IMG/VR virus record: IMGVR_UViG_3300048575_000121
Coordinates: 1-40,893 of that record
DNA: 40,893 bases
Direction: 5' to 3' (one strand)
Source: a virus
Taxonomy: Duplodnaviria; Caudoviricetes
The notes beneath the pieces are model-generated. The model saw only the letters and a program-made list of their open reading frames with translations. It was not told where the DNA came from and did no database searches. A program made the translations under genes and the position numbers. This document shows, piece after piece, positions 32,990 through 40,893 of the stretch; the stretch's first letter is position 1, and the number at the start of each line of letters is the position of its first letter.

Positions 32990-34720
32990 ATGCCCAAGGT
33001 CGCCTGCGCCAACGTCGACAAGGCGATGGCTTGGGCGAAGACCGTCCTGAAAGGGAAGGTTCCGGCCTGTCGATACATCCACCAGGCCATTGAGCGCCAC
33101 TTCGCTGACCTCAAGGCCAGTCGAGGGAAGGCCTACCCGTACTACTTCGACGCCGAAGCAGCGGAGAAGAAGCTCAAGCTGATCCAACTGCTGCCGCACA
33201 CGAAAGGCGAGTGGGCGCGCCTCAAACTACCAATATCGCTAGAGCCGTGGCAGATCTTCGGCATGGCCTGCACCTTCGGGTGGAAGCGCAAGGCCGACGG
33301 ATTTCGACGTTTCCGCGAAAGCTACTGGGAGGTCCCGCGGAAGAATGGCAAGTCCGTCATCGCGGCCGGCGTCGGCATCGCGATGTTCGTTGCCGATGGC
33401 GAATTCGGCGCCGAGGTCTACAGCGGCGCGACCACCGAGAAACAGGCCTGGGAGGTGTTCCGGCCGGCTCGGTTGATGGTTCTACGGTCGGAGCTCCTGA
33501 TCGCCGCCGCGGGGATCGAGGTCAACGCCTCGAACATGAATACCCCGGCCGATGGCGGGCGCTTCGAGCCGATCATCGGCGACCCCGGCGATGGTGCATC
33601 GCCCTCCTGCTCGCTGATCGACGAGTTCCACGAGCACGACAACGCCGGGCAGTACGACACCATGCTCACCGGGATGGGAGCGCGCCGCCAGCCGCTGATG
33701 TTCATCATCACCACCGCTGGCGCGGACATTGAGGGCCCTTGCTACGACAAGCGGCGCCAGGCGATCGAGATGCTGGCGGGACTGGTGCCGGACGACGAGC
33801 TCTTCGCCTGGATATGGACCCTCGACGAAGAGGATGAATGGACCGACCCCAAGAACCTCGCCAAGGCCAATCCGAACATCGGCGTGTCGGTCTACCGGGA
33901 GTACTTGGAAAGCCAACTCGCCCGGGCGATTCGCTCGGCCCGGTTCACCAACACGTTCAAGACCAAGCACCTGAACTTGTGGGTGACCGCCAAGTCGGGC
34001 TTCTTCAACATGCCCAGTTGGAAGGCTTGCGAAGACCGCTCGTTGACGCTCGAGCAATTCGAGGGAAGCGAGTGCTGCCTCGGCCTGGACCTGGCCCGGA
34101 AGCTCGACCTCAACTCAATGGCACGGGTGTTCTGGCGAATCATCGACGGGAAGGTGCACTACTACAGCGTTGCCCCTCGCTTCTGGGTGCCGGAGGACAC
34201 GGCATTCAACAGCGATAACCGACGCATGTACGAGAGGTTCCAGGCGTGGATCAACACCAACCACCTCTACACCTCCCAGGGCGCAGAGATCGATTACCGG
34301 GACATTCTGGAGGAGGCCAAGGAGGCCAACCTGGTGGCGCCGGTTCGTCGAAGCCCCGTCGACCCTCACGGCGCCACGAACCTCAGTCATGCCCTGGATG
34401 ATGAAGGGTTGACCCCCGTCACCATCGTCCAGAACTACACCAACATGTCGGACGCCATGAAGGAGCTTGAGGCGGCAATCGCCTCCGGGCGGTTCCACCA
34501 CGACGGCAATCCGATCATGACCTGGTGCGTGGGCAACGTGATCGCCAAGTACGCGGCCGGCAATGACGACATCGTGCGGCCGATCAAGCAGGGCAAGGAC
34601 AACAAGATCGATGGCGCAGTCGCACTGATCATGGCGATTGGGCAGATCCTGTCCCTTGCTCAAACAGAGAACACCGACGACGACTGGCTCGCCGGTATAC
34701 GGAACCCAATAATCGCATGA
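32990..34720 (+). CDS. terL: Terminase large subunit
   Basis: [27 protein letters not shown]...DL, KIDGAVA. Confidence 0.95.
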   Translation: MPKVACANVDKAMAWAKTVLKGKVPACRYIHQAIERHFADLKASRGKAYPYYFDAEAAEKKLKLIQLLPHTKGEWARLKLPISLEPWQIFGMACTFGWKRKADGFRRFRESYWEVPRKNGKSVIAAGVGIAMFVADGEFGAEVYSGATTEKQAWEVFRPARLMVLRSELLIAAAGIEVNASNMNTPADGGRFEPIIGDPGDGASPSCSLIDEFHEHDNAGQYDTMLTGMGARRQPLMFIITTAGADIEGPCYDKRRQAIEMLAGLVPDDELFAWIWTLDEEDEWTDPKNLAKANPNIGVSVYREYLESQLARAIRSARFTNTFKTKHLNLWVTAKSGFFNMPSWKACEDRSLTLEQFEGSECCLGLDLARKLDLNSMARVFWRIIDGKVHYYSVAPRFWVPEDTAFNSDNRRMYERFQAWINTNHLYTSQGAEIDYRDILEEAKEANLVAPVRRSPVDPHGATNLSHALDDEGLTPVTIVQNYTNMSDAMKELEAAIASGRFHHDGNPIMTWCVGNVIAKYAAGNDDIVRPIKQGKDNKIDGAVALIMAIGQILSLAQTENTDDDWLAGIRNPIIA

Positions 34721-34878
34721 GCGCATTCACCGCTTTCCTGCTGGTCAGCCTGATCGGCTTCGCCTTGCTGTGCGCGGGCGTTTGGACTCTCGCCGGCACC
34801 GGTTGGGCGCTCATCGCTGGTGCTGCCTGCATGTTCCTGACTGCCGGCTTCATTCGCCGAGGGCTGCGTGATGAGTAA
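34717..34878 (+). CDS. Small 2-TM protein between terL and portal (53 aa)
   Basis: [53 protein letters not shown]; overlaps both neighbours. Confidence 0.65.
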   Translation: MSAFTAFLLVSLIGFALLCAGVWTLAGTGWALIAGAACMFLTAGFIRRGLRDE

Positions 34879-36178
34879 GCGTCTGCTCGAAGCGCTTTCG
34901 ATATCGGCCGCACGTCCATCGGCGGACCTGTCCGGATGGCTGGGCAAGACCATTCGCCTGTCGGATGGCTCTTTCTGGTCGGCCTGGGCAGGAGGCCAGT
35001 CCAGCGCCGGCGTCACTGTGAACGTGACGACGGCCATGCGGGTGTCCGCTGTCTGGGCTTGCGTCCGGCTGATAGCCGAAACCATCGCCACATTGCCGTT
35101 GGGGCTGTACCGGCGAATGCCTGACGGTGGGCGCCAGGCGGATCAAAACCATCCGCTGTACACGGTCCTGGCATTCTCGCCGAATGCGGAGATGGGGGCT
35201 GTGCAGTTCTGGGAAGCGATGGTGGCAAGCATGCTGCTGCGCGGGAACGCATTCGCCCTGATCCATCGCGCGGCGGGCCGTGTCATCGCGTTGGACTTTC
35301 TGCATCCGCACCGCATGCGGCTGGTAAGCAAGAACGGCGTGCTCCGCTATTTCTACGACTTCCCCGGCGACGGGGAGCGGGAAATCGACTCAGCCGATTT
35401 GCTTCACATCCCGGCCTTCGCGCTGGACGGCCGCGTCGGGCTGTCGCCGATCAGCTATGGCGCCAACGTCATAGGCTCGGCGATCGCCGCCGACGAGGCC
35501 GCCAACGGCACGTTCAAGAACGGGATGATGCCGGCGGTGGCCTTCAAGGTGAACCGCACCTTGAAGAAGGAGCAGCGGGAGGAGTTCCGGAAGTATGTGG
35601 AGGCTGTGTCCGGCGCGCTGAACGCCGGCAAGTCGCCCGTGCTTGAGGAGGGTGTGGAACCGGAGTCCATCGGTATCAACCCCTCCGATGCCCAATTGCT
35701 GGAGACGCGCGGCTGGAGCGTCGAGGAGGTCTGCCGGTTCTTCCGGGTTCCGCCGTGGATGGTCGGGCACACCGAGAAGAGCACCAGTTGGGGCACGGGT
35801 ATGGAGCAGCAGGTCATCGGCTTCCTGACCTTCTGCTTGAACACCTGGCTAAGGCGTATCGAGAAGGCAATCCACCGCCAACTGCTCAAGCCCGGCGAGC
35901 GGATCACGCATTACGCGGAGTATTCCATCGAGGGCCTGCTGCGCGCGGACAGTGCCGCCCGGGCGGCCTTCTACAGCGCCATGACACAGAACGGCATCTA
36001 CACCCGCGACGACTGCCGTGTCCGCGAGAACCTTCCCCGCAAAGGGGGAAATGCGGATGTGCTCACCGTGCAGAGCAACCTGACGCCACTCGATGCCTTG
36101 GGGCAGAGCAGCGACGGCCAGGCCGCCCGAGCAGCTCTTCAGGCCTGGCTGGCCGAATCACCAACTCCGAAGGAGTAA
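34871..36178 (+). CDS. HK97-family portal protein
   Basis: AVWACVRLIAETIATLP, LLRGNAFA, GLSPI, DAQLLETR..VEEVCRFFRVPP. Confidence 0.95.
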   Translation: MSKRLLEALSISAARPSADLSGWLGKTIRLSDGSFWSAWAGGQSSAGVTVNVTTAMRVSAVWACVRLIAETIATLPLGLYRRMPDGGRQADQNHPLYTVLAFSPNAEMGAVQFWEAMVASMLLRGNAFALIHRAAGRVIALDFLHPHRMRLVSKNGVLRYFYDFPGDGEREIDSADLLHIPAFALDGRVGLSPISYGANVIGSAIAADEAANGTFKNGMMPAVAFKVNRTLKKEQREEFRKYVEAVSGALNAGKSPVLEEGVEPESIGINPSDAQLLETRGWSVEEVCRFFRVPPWMVGHTEKSTSWGTGMEQQVIGFLTFCLNTWLRRIEKAIHRQLLKPGERITHYAEYSIEGLLRADSAARAAFYSAMTQNGIYTRDDCRVRENLPRKGGNADVLTVQSNLTPLDALGQSSDGQAARAALQAWLAESPTPKE

Positions 36179-36181
36179 CCC

Positions 36182-37021
36182 ATGAAGTTCGACCTCAAGG
36201 CTGGCTGCTTTCGCAGCGAGCTGAGCCCGCGCGCGCTTGATCGCTGGAACCCCGCGATCAGCGCCGCCGTGGAGAACACCTCCGACACCATCACCATCTA
36301 CGGCGTGATCGGTGAGGACTGGTACGGCGAGGGCGTCACCGTCACCCGGATCGATGCGGCGCTCCGCGCCATCGGCGACAAGCCGGCGAGCGTCTACATC
36401 AACTCGCCCGGCGGCGACATGTTCGAGGGGCTGGCGATCTACAACCGCCTCCGCGAGCACAGCCAGAAGATCACCACCAAGGTCCTAGGCCTGGCCGCCA
36501 GTGCGGGCTCGCTCATCGCAATGGCTGGTCAGGAGCGGCAGGTGGCCACCACCGGCTTCCTGATGATCCACAACTGCTGGACCTGGCTGGCGGCGAATCG
36601 TCATGGGCTGCGTGACGCCGCGGACGTGATGGAGGAATTCGATGCCGCGATGGCGGACCTCTACGCCGAGACCAGCGGGCAGCCTTCGGCCGACATGGCC
36701 GAGCTGATGGACGACGAAACCTTCATCAGGGGCAAGCGCGCGGTTGACCTGGGCCTGGCCACAAGCCTGCTGTCAGCCGACGAGATCACCGAGCGCGAAA
36801 CCGACGATACCCGCAATACCAGCGCCCTCAAGGCCATGGACATGGCCCTGGCGAAGGCTGGCATGACGCGGGCGGAACGCCGGGCGCTCTTCTCCAGTTT
36901 CAAGAAGTCCGGCATGCCGAGCGCTGCTGGCGGGGCCACGCATCACGCTGGCCTGACCGATACGCCTCGCGCTATCGCGCTCGACCTGCAGCCGCTCCCG
37001 AAACTCTCCTTCCCCCATTGA
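36182..37021 (+). CDS. ClpP-like head maturation protease
   Basis: INSPGGDMFEGLAIYN, GLAASAGS, LMIHN, MDDETF. Confidence 0.92.
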   Translation: MKFDLKAGCFRSELSPRALDRWNPAISAAVENTSDTITIYGVIGEDWYGEGVTVTRIDAALRAIGDKPASVYINSPGGDMFEGLAIYNRLREHSQKITTKVLGLAASAGSLIAMAGQERQVATTGFLMIHNCWTWLAANRHGLRDAADVMEEFDAAMADLYAETSGQPSADMAELMDDETFIRGKRAVDLGLATSLLSADEITERETDDTRNTSALKAMDMALAKAGMTRAERRALFSSFKKSGMPSAAGGATHHAGLTDTPRAIALDLQPLPKLSFPH

Positions 37022-37031
37022 GGAAATTGCA

Positions 37032-38420
37032 ATGAAGAAACTCCGTCTCTCCCCGCTGTTCATCATGGCCGTTCTGGCCGTGGCAGCGCTGGTCCCCATG
37101 ACCTGGGGCGTCTCCCTGGCGAGCATGTCCGCCGCCTTCGGCCTCGTGGCACTTTCCACTCTGGCCATCCAGCCCGGTGCCGCCTCTTACAAGGGCTGGA
37201 ACGCGCAGATGGGTAAGCTGGGCGCCGAGGACATCGAGGCCCAATACAAGGAAACCCAGGCCAGCCTGAAGGAGATCGGCGATCAACTGAAGGCCCACGC
37301 CGAGCGCGCGGAAAAGGAAATCAAGACGCACCAGGCGCTCAGCGAGGAAACCCGCGCCAAGGTCGATGAAATGCTCACCCAGCAGGGCGAACTGAACGCT
37401 CGCCTGCAGGAAGCCGAGCAGAAGCTCATCAGCGCCGGCAAGCGTGGCGACGATGTCGAGCGTCCCAAGTCCGCCGGTGAGCTGGTGGTACAGAGCGAGC
37501 AGATGCAGGGCGTCAACAGTTCGTTCCGCGGCTCGCGTCGTGTCTCGGTGCCGCGCGCCGCGATCACCTCGGCTACCGGCTCCGGTGGCGATCTGGTTCC
37601 GGCCGAACGTCGTGCGGGCGTGATCGCGCTCCCCGAGCGGCAACTGACCATCCGCGATTTGATCGCGCCCGGCCAGACCACCAGCAACTCCTACGAGTAC
37701 GTCCGCGAGTCCGGCTTCACCAACAATGCCGCCCCGGTTGCGGAAAACACCGCCAAGCCCTACTCCGATATCACGTTCGAGCTGGAAAATGCCCCGGTGC
37801 GCACCATCGCGCACCTGTTCAAGGCGTCTCGCCAAATTCTGGACGATGCCGCGGCGCTGCAGAGCATCATCGACGCTCGGGCCCGCTACGGTCTGCGCCT
37901 GGTCGAGGAGGCTCAGCTGCTGTTCGGCAATGGCACTGGCGCGAACCTGGGCGGCATCGTTCCGCTTGCCCAGGAGTATGCAGCCCCTGGCGGCGTCGTT
38001 GTCGTTGGTGAGCAACGCATCGACCGTCTCCGCCTGGCGCTGCTGCAGGCCGAACTGGCTGAGTATCCGTCTGATGGCATCGTCCTCAACCCCATCGACT
38101 GGGCGCTGATCGAGCTGCTCAAGGATGGCGAAGGTCGTTACCTCATCGGTCAGCCTCAAGGCAACATGCCGGCGACGCTCTGGCGCCGCCCGGTCGTTGC
38201 GACCCAGGCTATGCCGCAGAACGACTTCCTGGTCGGCGCGTTCCAACTCGGGGCACAGATCCTGGACAGGATGGACGTCGAGATTCTGATCTCCACCGAG
38301 AACGCCGACGACTTCGAAAAGAACATGGTGACCATCCGCGCGGAAGAGCGCCTGGCCTTCGCCGTGTACCGCGCGGAGGCTTTCGTCACCGGCGAACTGG
38401 TCGCGCCGAGCGGCGGCTAA
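37032..38420 (+). CDS. HK97-fold major capsid protein with hydrophobic N-terminal extension
   Basis: Coiled-coil delta domain, GGDLVP, TIRDLI, VAEN..KP, TIAH.., E.QLL.G.G, FEKNMVTIRAEERL. Confidence 0.93.
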   Translation: MKKLRLSPLFIMAVLAVAALVPMTWGVSLASMSAAFGLVALSTLAIQPGAASYKGWNAQMGKLGAEDIEAQYKETQASLKEIGDQLKAHAERAEKEIKTHQALSEETRAKVDEMLTQQGELNARLQEAEQKLISAGKRGDDVERPKSAGELVVQSEQMQGVNSSFRGSRRVSVPRAAITSATGSGGDLVPAERRAGVIALPERQLTIRDLIAPGQTTSNSYEYVRESGFTNNAAPVAENTAKPYSDITFELENAPVRTIAHLFKASRQILDDAAALQSIIDARARYGLRLVEEAQLLFGNGTGANLGGIVPLAQEYAAPGGVVVVGEQRIDRLRLALLQAELAEYPSDGIVLNPIDWALIELLKDGEGRYLIGQPQGNMPATLWRRPVVATQAMPQNDFLVGAFQLGAQILDRMDVEILISTENADDFEKNMVTIRAEERLAFAVYRAEAFVTGELVAPSGG

Positions 38421-38441
38421 TCGCGCACCCTTCAACTCGCT

Positions 38442-38470
38442 GGGCGCCCAAACGGGCGCCCTTTCTTTTT
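38442..38470 (+). terminator. Terminator after the major capsid gene
   Basis: GGGCGCCC-AAAC-GGGCGCCC-TTTCTTTTT. Confidence 0.7.
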
Positions 38471-38483
38471 GGGGAGATCAAGA

Positions 38484-38774
38484 ATGGCGCGTCCACGCAA
38501 GAACCCGCTGCCTGCTGAGCAGGCCCAGGCTGATGCCGCTGCGCCTGGCCGGCAGCCAGCCACGGGTGACAACCACGCGGCGGTAGACCAGTTGCAACCG
38601 GCAGGGGAGGACCAGGTAGCCGCCGGCAAGGTCATGGTTTACCCCTTGCGCACCTACCAGGATCAGGGCGAGCTCAAGAGGCACGGCGGGAAGGGCTATT
38701 TCGTGACGCCTGGTCACGCGCAGGCCCTTATCGCGCGCCGCCTGGCCACCGACACCGAGCCGAAGAAGGATTAG
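38484..38774 (+). CDS. Phage hypothetical head-region protein
   Basis: GGAG RBS, 96 aa. Confidence 0.65.
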   Translation: MARPRKNPLPAEQAQADAAAPGRQPATGDNHAAVDQLQPAGEDQVAAGKVMVYPLRTYQDQGELKRHGGKGYFVTPGHAQALIARRLATDTEPKKD

Positions 38775-38777
38775 TCC

Positions 38778-39119
38778 ATGCCCGTCATCGACCTGGCTTT
38801 GGCGCGTTCCCATCTTCGCGATCCGGACGATGATGATGCCTATCTGGGCATGCTGCTCGAGGCGGCAGAGGACCAGGCAATGCAGTTCATGGACAGGCGG
38901 TTCTACTCATCCCAGGACGATCTGGACGCTGCCGTCGCTGCAGGTGAGGCGGGGGATCGCCCTCTGGTCATCAATGACTCCATCCGTGCTGCCTGCTTGC
39001 TGATCCTCGGGCACCTCTATGGCAATCGCGAAGATGTCGTCATCGGGACCATCGCCACGGCGATACCCCAGGGTTCTCGCGTCCTGATGACGCCCTATCG
39101 GATCGGGATGGGTATATGA
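38778..39119 (+). CDS. Head-tail connector (gp6-like)
   Basis: ARSHLR..DDD.YL..LL.AA, ACLLILGHLYGNRE. Confidence 0.88.
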   Translation: MPVIDLALARSHLRDPDDDDAYLGMLLEAAEDQAMQFMDRRFYSSQDDLDAAVAAGEAGDRPLVINDSIRAACLLILGHLYGNREDVVIGTIATAIPQGSRVLMTPYRIGMGI

Positions 39120-39442
39120 GAGCAGGCCCCCTACGACATCGCGTCGCGTTGCAGGCGCTGGTGAAAGTTCCCGATGGCGGTGGTGGTTTCTCCGAGGTGT
39201 GGGTGGAGCAGCGCAAGGTCTGGGTGCGGATCACCCTCCCGACCGGGCGCACCTCCTCGGTGGCCAATCAACTCCAGGCAGTTGTCTCTGCCGAGATCCA
39301 GGCACGGCCTTCCGGTGACCTCATCGCCGGCCGGCGCCTGGTCCATAAAACCGTGACCTATGTGATCGAAGCGGCGTTGCCCGACAACGAGATCAGCATG
39401 CTGCGGCTGCTGTGTTCCAGCTTGTCCCCGACGCCAGGGTGA
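39116..39442 (+). CDS. Head closure / head-tail adaptor
   Basis: MRAGPLRHRV.LQ...DGGGG..EVW. Confidence 0.85.
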   Translation: MRAGPLRHRVALQALVKVPDGGGGFSEVWVEQRKVWVRITLPTGRTSSVANQLQAVVSAEIQARPSGDLIAGRRLVHKTVTYVIEAALPDNEISMLRLLCSSLSPTPG

Positions 39443-39447
39443 AACCT

Positions 39448-39630
39448 ATGGTTTTTCGAGCTACAGGGCACCTCAGCGGTGCTGTTATCGCCGAGAAAGG
39501 GGACGACGTAAGCCGGCTGCCAGGCGAGGTACTGGAAAAGCTGATCGCGAGAGGCCTGGTCCTCGACGACGGCAAGCCCGGCCCGCCGATGGCCATCGCG
39601 CCTTCTCGCAAACGCGGCCGCAAGGCGTAG
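39448..39630 (+). CDS. Phage hypothetical protein
   Basis: 60-aa ORF filling the gap in the morphogenesis operon. Confidence 0.55.
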   Translation: MVFRATGHLSGAVIAEKGDDVSRLPGEVLEKLIARGLVLDDGKPGPPMAIAPSRKRGRKA

Positions 39631-39633
39631 GCC

Positions 39634-40215
39634 ATGGCTAAGCGGCGTTCGAGCATCAAGGGCAACTTCAAGCTGCGTGGCGTTCTACGTCGGATTGCCG
39701 CTATGGAACAGAGCGATCTGCCCAAGGCCATGGCGCAGGCCGCCGACCTGGTGCTGGCCACCCAGCAGAAGCTGATTCCGCGTGATACCGGGGCCGCAGG
39801 TGGCGCGCTCGAAGTGAAGATCAGCAAGAGCGGGCTGGACGCCCGGATTGGCCTGATCGGCAAGCGGAAGAACGAGCAGTTCTTCTATATGCGCTTCGTG
39901 GAATACGGCACCAAGGGGTATAGCGGCGTGCTGTACCACCGCGCGGACGCCGACGCTGTTGGCGGCCTGCATACGACCAACCGCGACCGCAGCGGAATGC
40001 GAGGAAAGCGCAACGCCTTGCGGGCCCGCGACACCAAGAACAAGTCGGACGGTTCGCACTTCTTCGGCTACTACCCGGACATCCCGGCTCGGCCGGCGCA
40101 CCCGTGGCTGCGGCCAAGCATCGACATGAACCGGGACGACATTCGAATCATCATCCGAGAGGCTATTGCCAGCACGCTGGTCAGGGCCGCGAAAGAGGCC
40201 GGCACCAATGGTTGA
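39634..40215 (+). CDS. HK97 gp10-family tail component
   Basis: IPRDTG, FYMRFVEYGTKG, PARPAHPWLRPS. Confidence 0.85.
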   Translation: MAKRRSSIKGNFKLRGVLRRIAAMEQSDLPKAMAQAADLVLATQQKLIPRDTGAAGGALEVKISKSGLDARIGLIGKRKNEQFFYMRFVEYGTKGYSGVLYHRADADAVGGLHTTNRDRSGMRGKRNALRARDTKNKSDGSHFFGYYPDIPARPAHPWLRPSIDMNRDDIRIIIREAIASTLVRAAKEAGTNG

Positions 40216-40411
40216 TCATACCCATACCGCGAACGATGGCCGCGGGCGCCGCGACGTGTTCGTGAACGGCAATCGTATTGAGTGTGTCGTGTGGGCAGAC
40301 GTGCGCGCCGGGGTTGTCTGGTTCTGCCCGCAACCACTTAGGCTCAGCAGGCGCGGCGAGGTATACAGCCGGCGCCTGCGCGGGCGCGTCCAGGTGGTGT
40401 CGCATGGCTAA
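40208..40411 (+). CDS. Phage hypothetical protein
   Basis: 67-aa ORF overlapping both neighbours. Confidence 0.55.
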   Translation: MVDHTHTANDGRGRRDVFVNGNRIECVVWADVRAGVVWFCPQPLRLSRRGEVYSRRLRGRVQVVSHG

Positions 40412-40790
40412 CCCAGGCTTTGCCCTGCAGAAGGCGCTGTACGAACGCCTGACCACCGAGCTGAGTGTGCCGGTCTACGACGCAGTGCCCGCCGACACCC
40501 CGTACCCCTACGTCACCATCGATCGCGAGGTGGCGCAGAACACCAGCCCCATCTCCGGTCGCCGCCGCAAGCAGCGGTTGATCTACCTCAGCGTCTGGAG
40601 CGCCCACCAGGGCCAGGCCGAGGTGAAGCAGATCCTGGGCGAGATCGAGGACGCACTGGACGAACGCCGCCTGCCTGTGGATGAGGGGCGCGCGGTGTCC
40701 GTCCGCGTCATCGCCTCCGACACCAACCGAGAACCGGACGGCCGCACCTACATGGGCTCGGCCACGGTTCGCGTCATCAGCACTTCCTGA
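40404..40790 (+). CDS. DUF3168 tail completion protein
   Basis: ALQKALYERL..VYDAVP...PYPYVTI..LSVWS...G.AEVK.I. Confidence 0.85.
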   Translation: MANPGFALQKALYERLTTELSVPVYDAVPADTPYPYVTIDREVAQNTSPISGRRRKQRLIYLSVWSAHQGQAEVKQILGEIEDALDERRLPVDEGRAVSVRVIASDTNREPDGRTYMGSATVRVISTS

Positions 40791-40822
40791 GCACCACCAA
40801 CCCAACGCCACTGGAGGACACC

Positions 40823-40893
40823 ATGGCAGAAGACAACCTCAACACAGCCGCCGGGTGCCGCCTGGGCTTCGGCACCAAGACGCCCGCCGCCAC
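40823..40893 (+). CDS. Major tail tube protein (5' fragment)
   Basis: GGAGG RBS; MAEDNLNTAAGCRLGFGTKTPAA; position after tail completion. Confidence 0.6.
   Translation, partial: MAEDNLNTAAGCRLGFGTKTPAA

Larger units (their letters stand above)
2250..40893. mobile_element. Temperate lambdoid prophage with HK97-type head, integrated in the 5' end of mutS; continues beyond the window
   Basis: Canonical order int-xis / early-left / cI-cro-cII / replication / Q / holin / HNH-terS-terL-portal-protease-MCP / head-tail. Left boundary is approximate (codon-usage shift near 2250); the other att is not in the window. Confidence 0.93.

Noticed and set aside
36972-38435. Long minus-strand ORFs opposite the capsid gene (and similar ones opposite int, helicase, RT, antirepressor)
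   Set aside because: Antisense shadow ORFs typical of high-GC coding DNA.

Overview
A GC-rich Pseudomonas-type chromosome segment. Bases 1-2353 are the 5' ~785 codons of mutS (minus strand, running off the window). The rest is the left ~38.6 kb of a lambdoid, HK97-head temperate prophage that appears to be integrated inside the 5' end of mutS and to supply a replacement N-terminus. Gene order: int-xis; a long leftward early/accessory operon (Mom/XF1762-like, ASCH-like, DUF4406, HNH, SNF2 helicase, PD-(D/E)xK nuclease, NdpA, C5 DNA methyltransferase with an overprinted second frame); a complete diversity-generating retroelement; the immunity region (OL, LexA-boxed DUF1654-YkgJ, DUF3037 + HipA-like kinase, cI, cro, cII); antirepressor, replication and nin-like genes with a second tyrosine recombinase; Q; morons; holin; HNH-cos-terS-terL-portal-protease-capsid; head-tail genes and the start of the tail tube. 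The DGR has an RT, a 100-bp TR, Avd and two tandem target genes. Their VRs differ from the TR only at adenines (10/10 and 12/12 mismatches). The targets are small early-region proteins, not tail fibres. Other highlights: a direct-repeat-flanked cassette with an 8-proline leader peptide ahead of a 2-TM protein, and a kinase/DUF3037 pair in the rexAB position. All family assignments are from motif recognition by eye; no database search was run.
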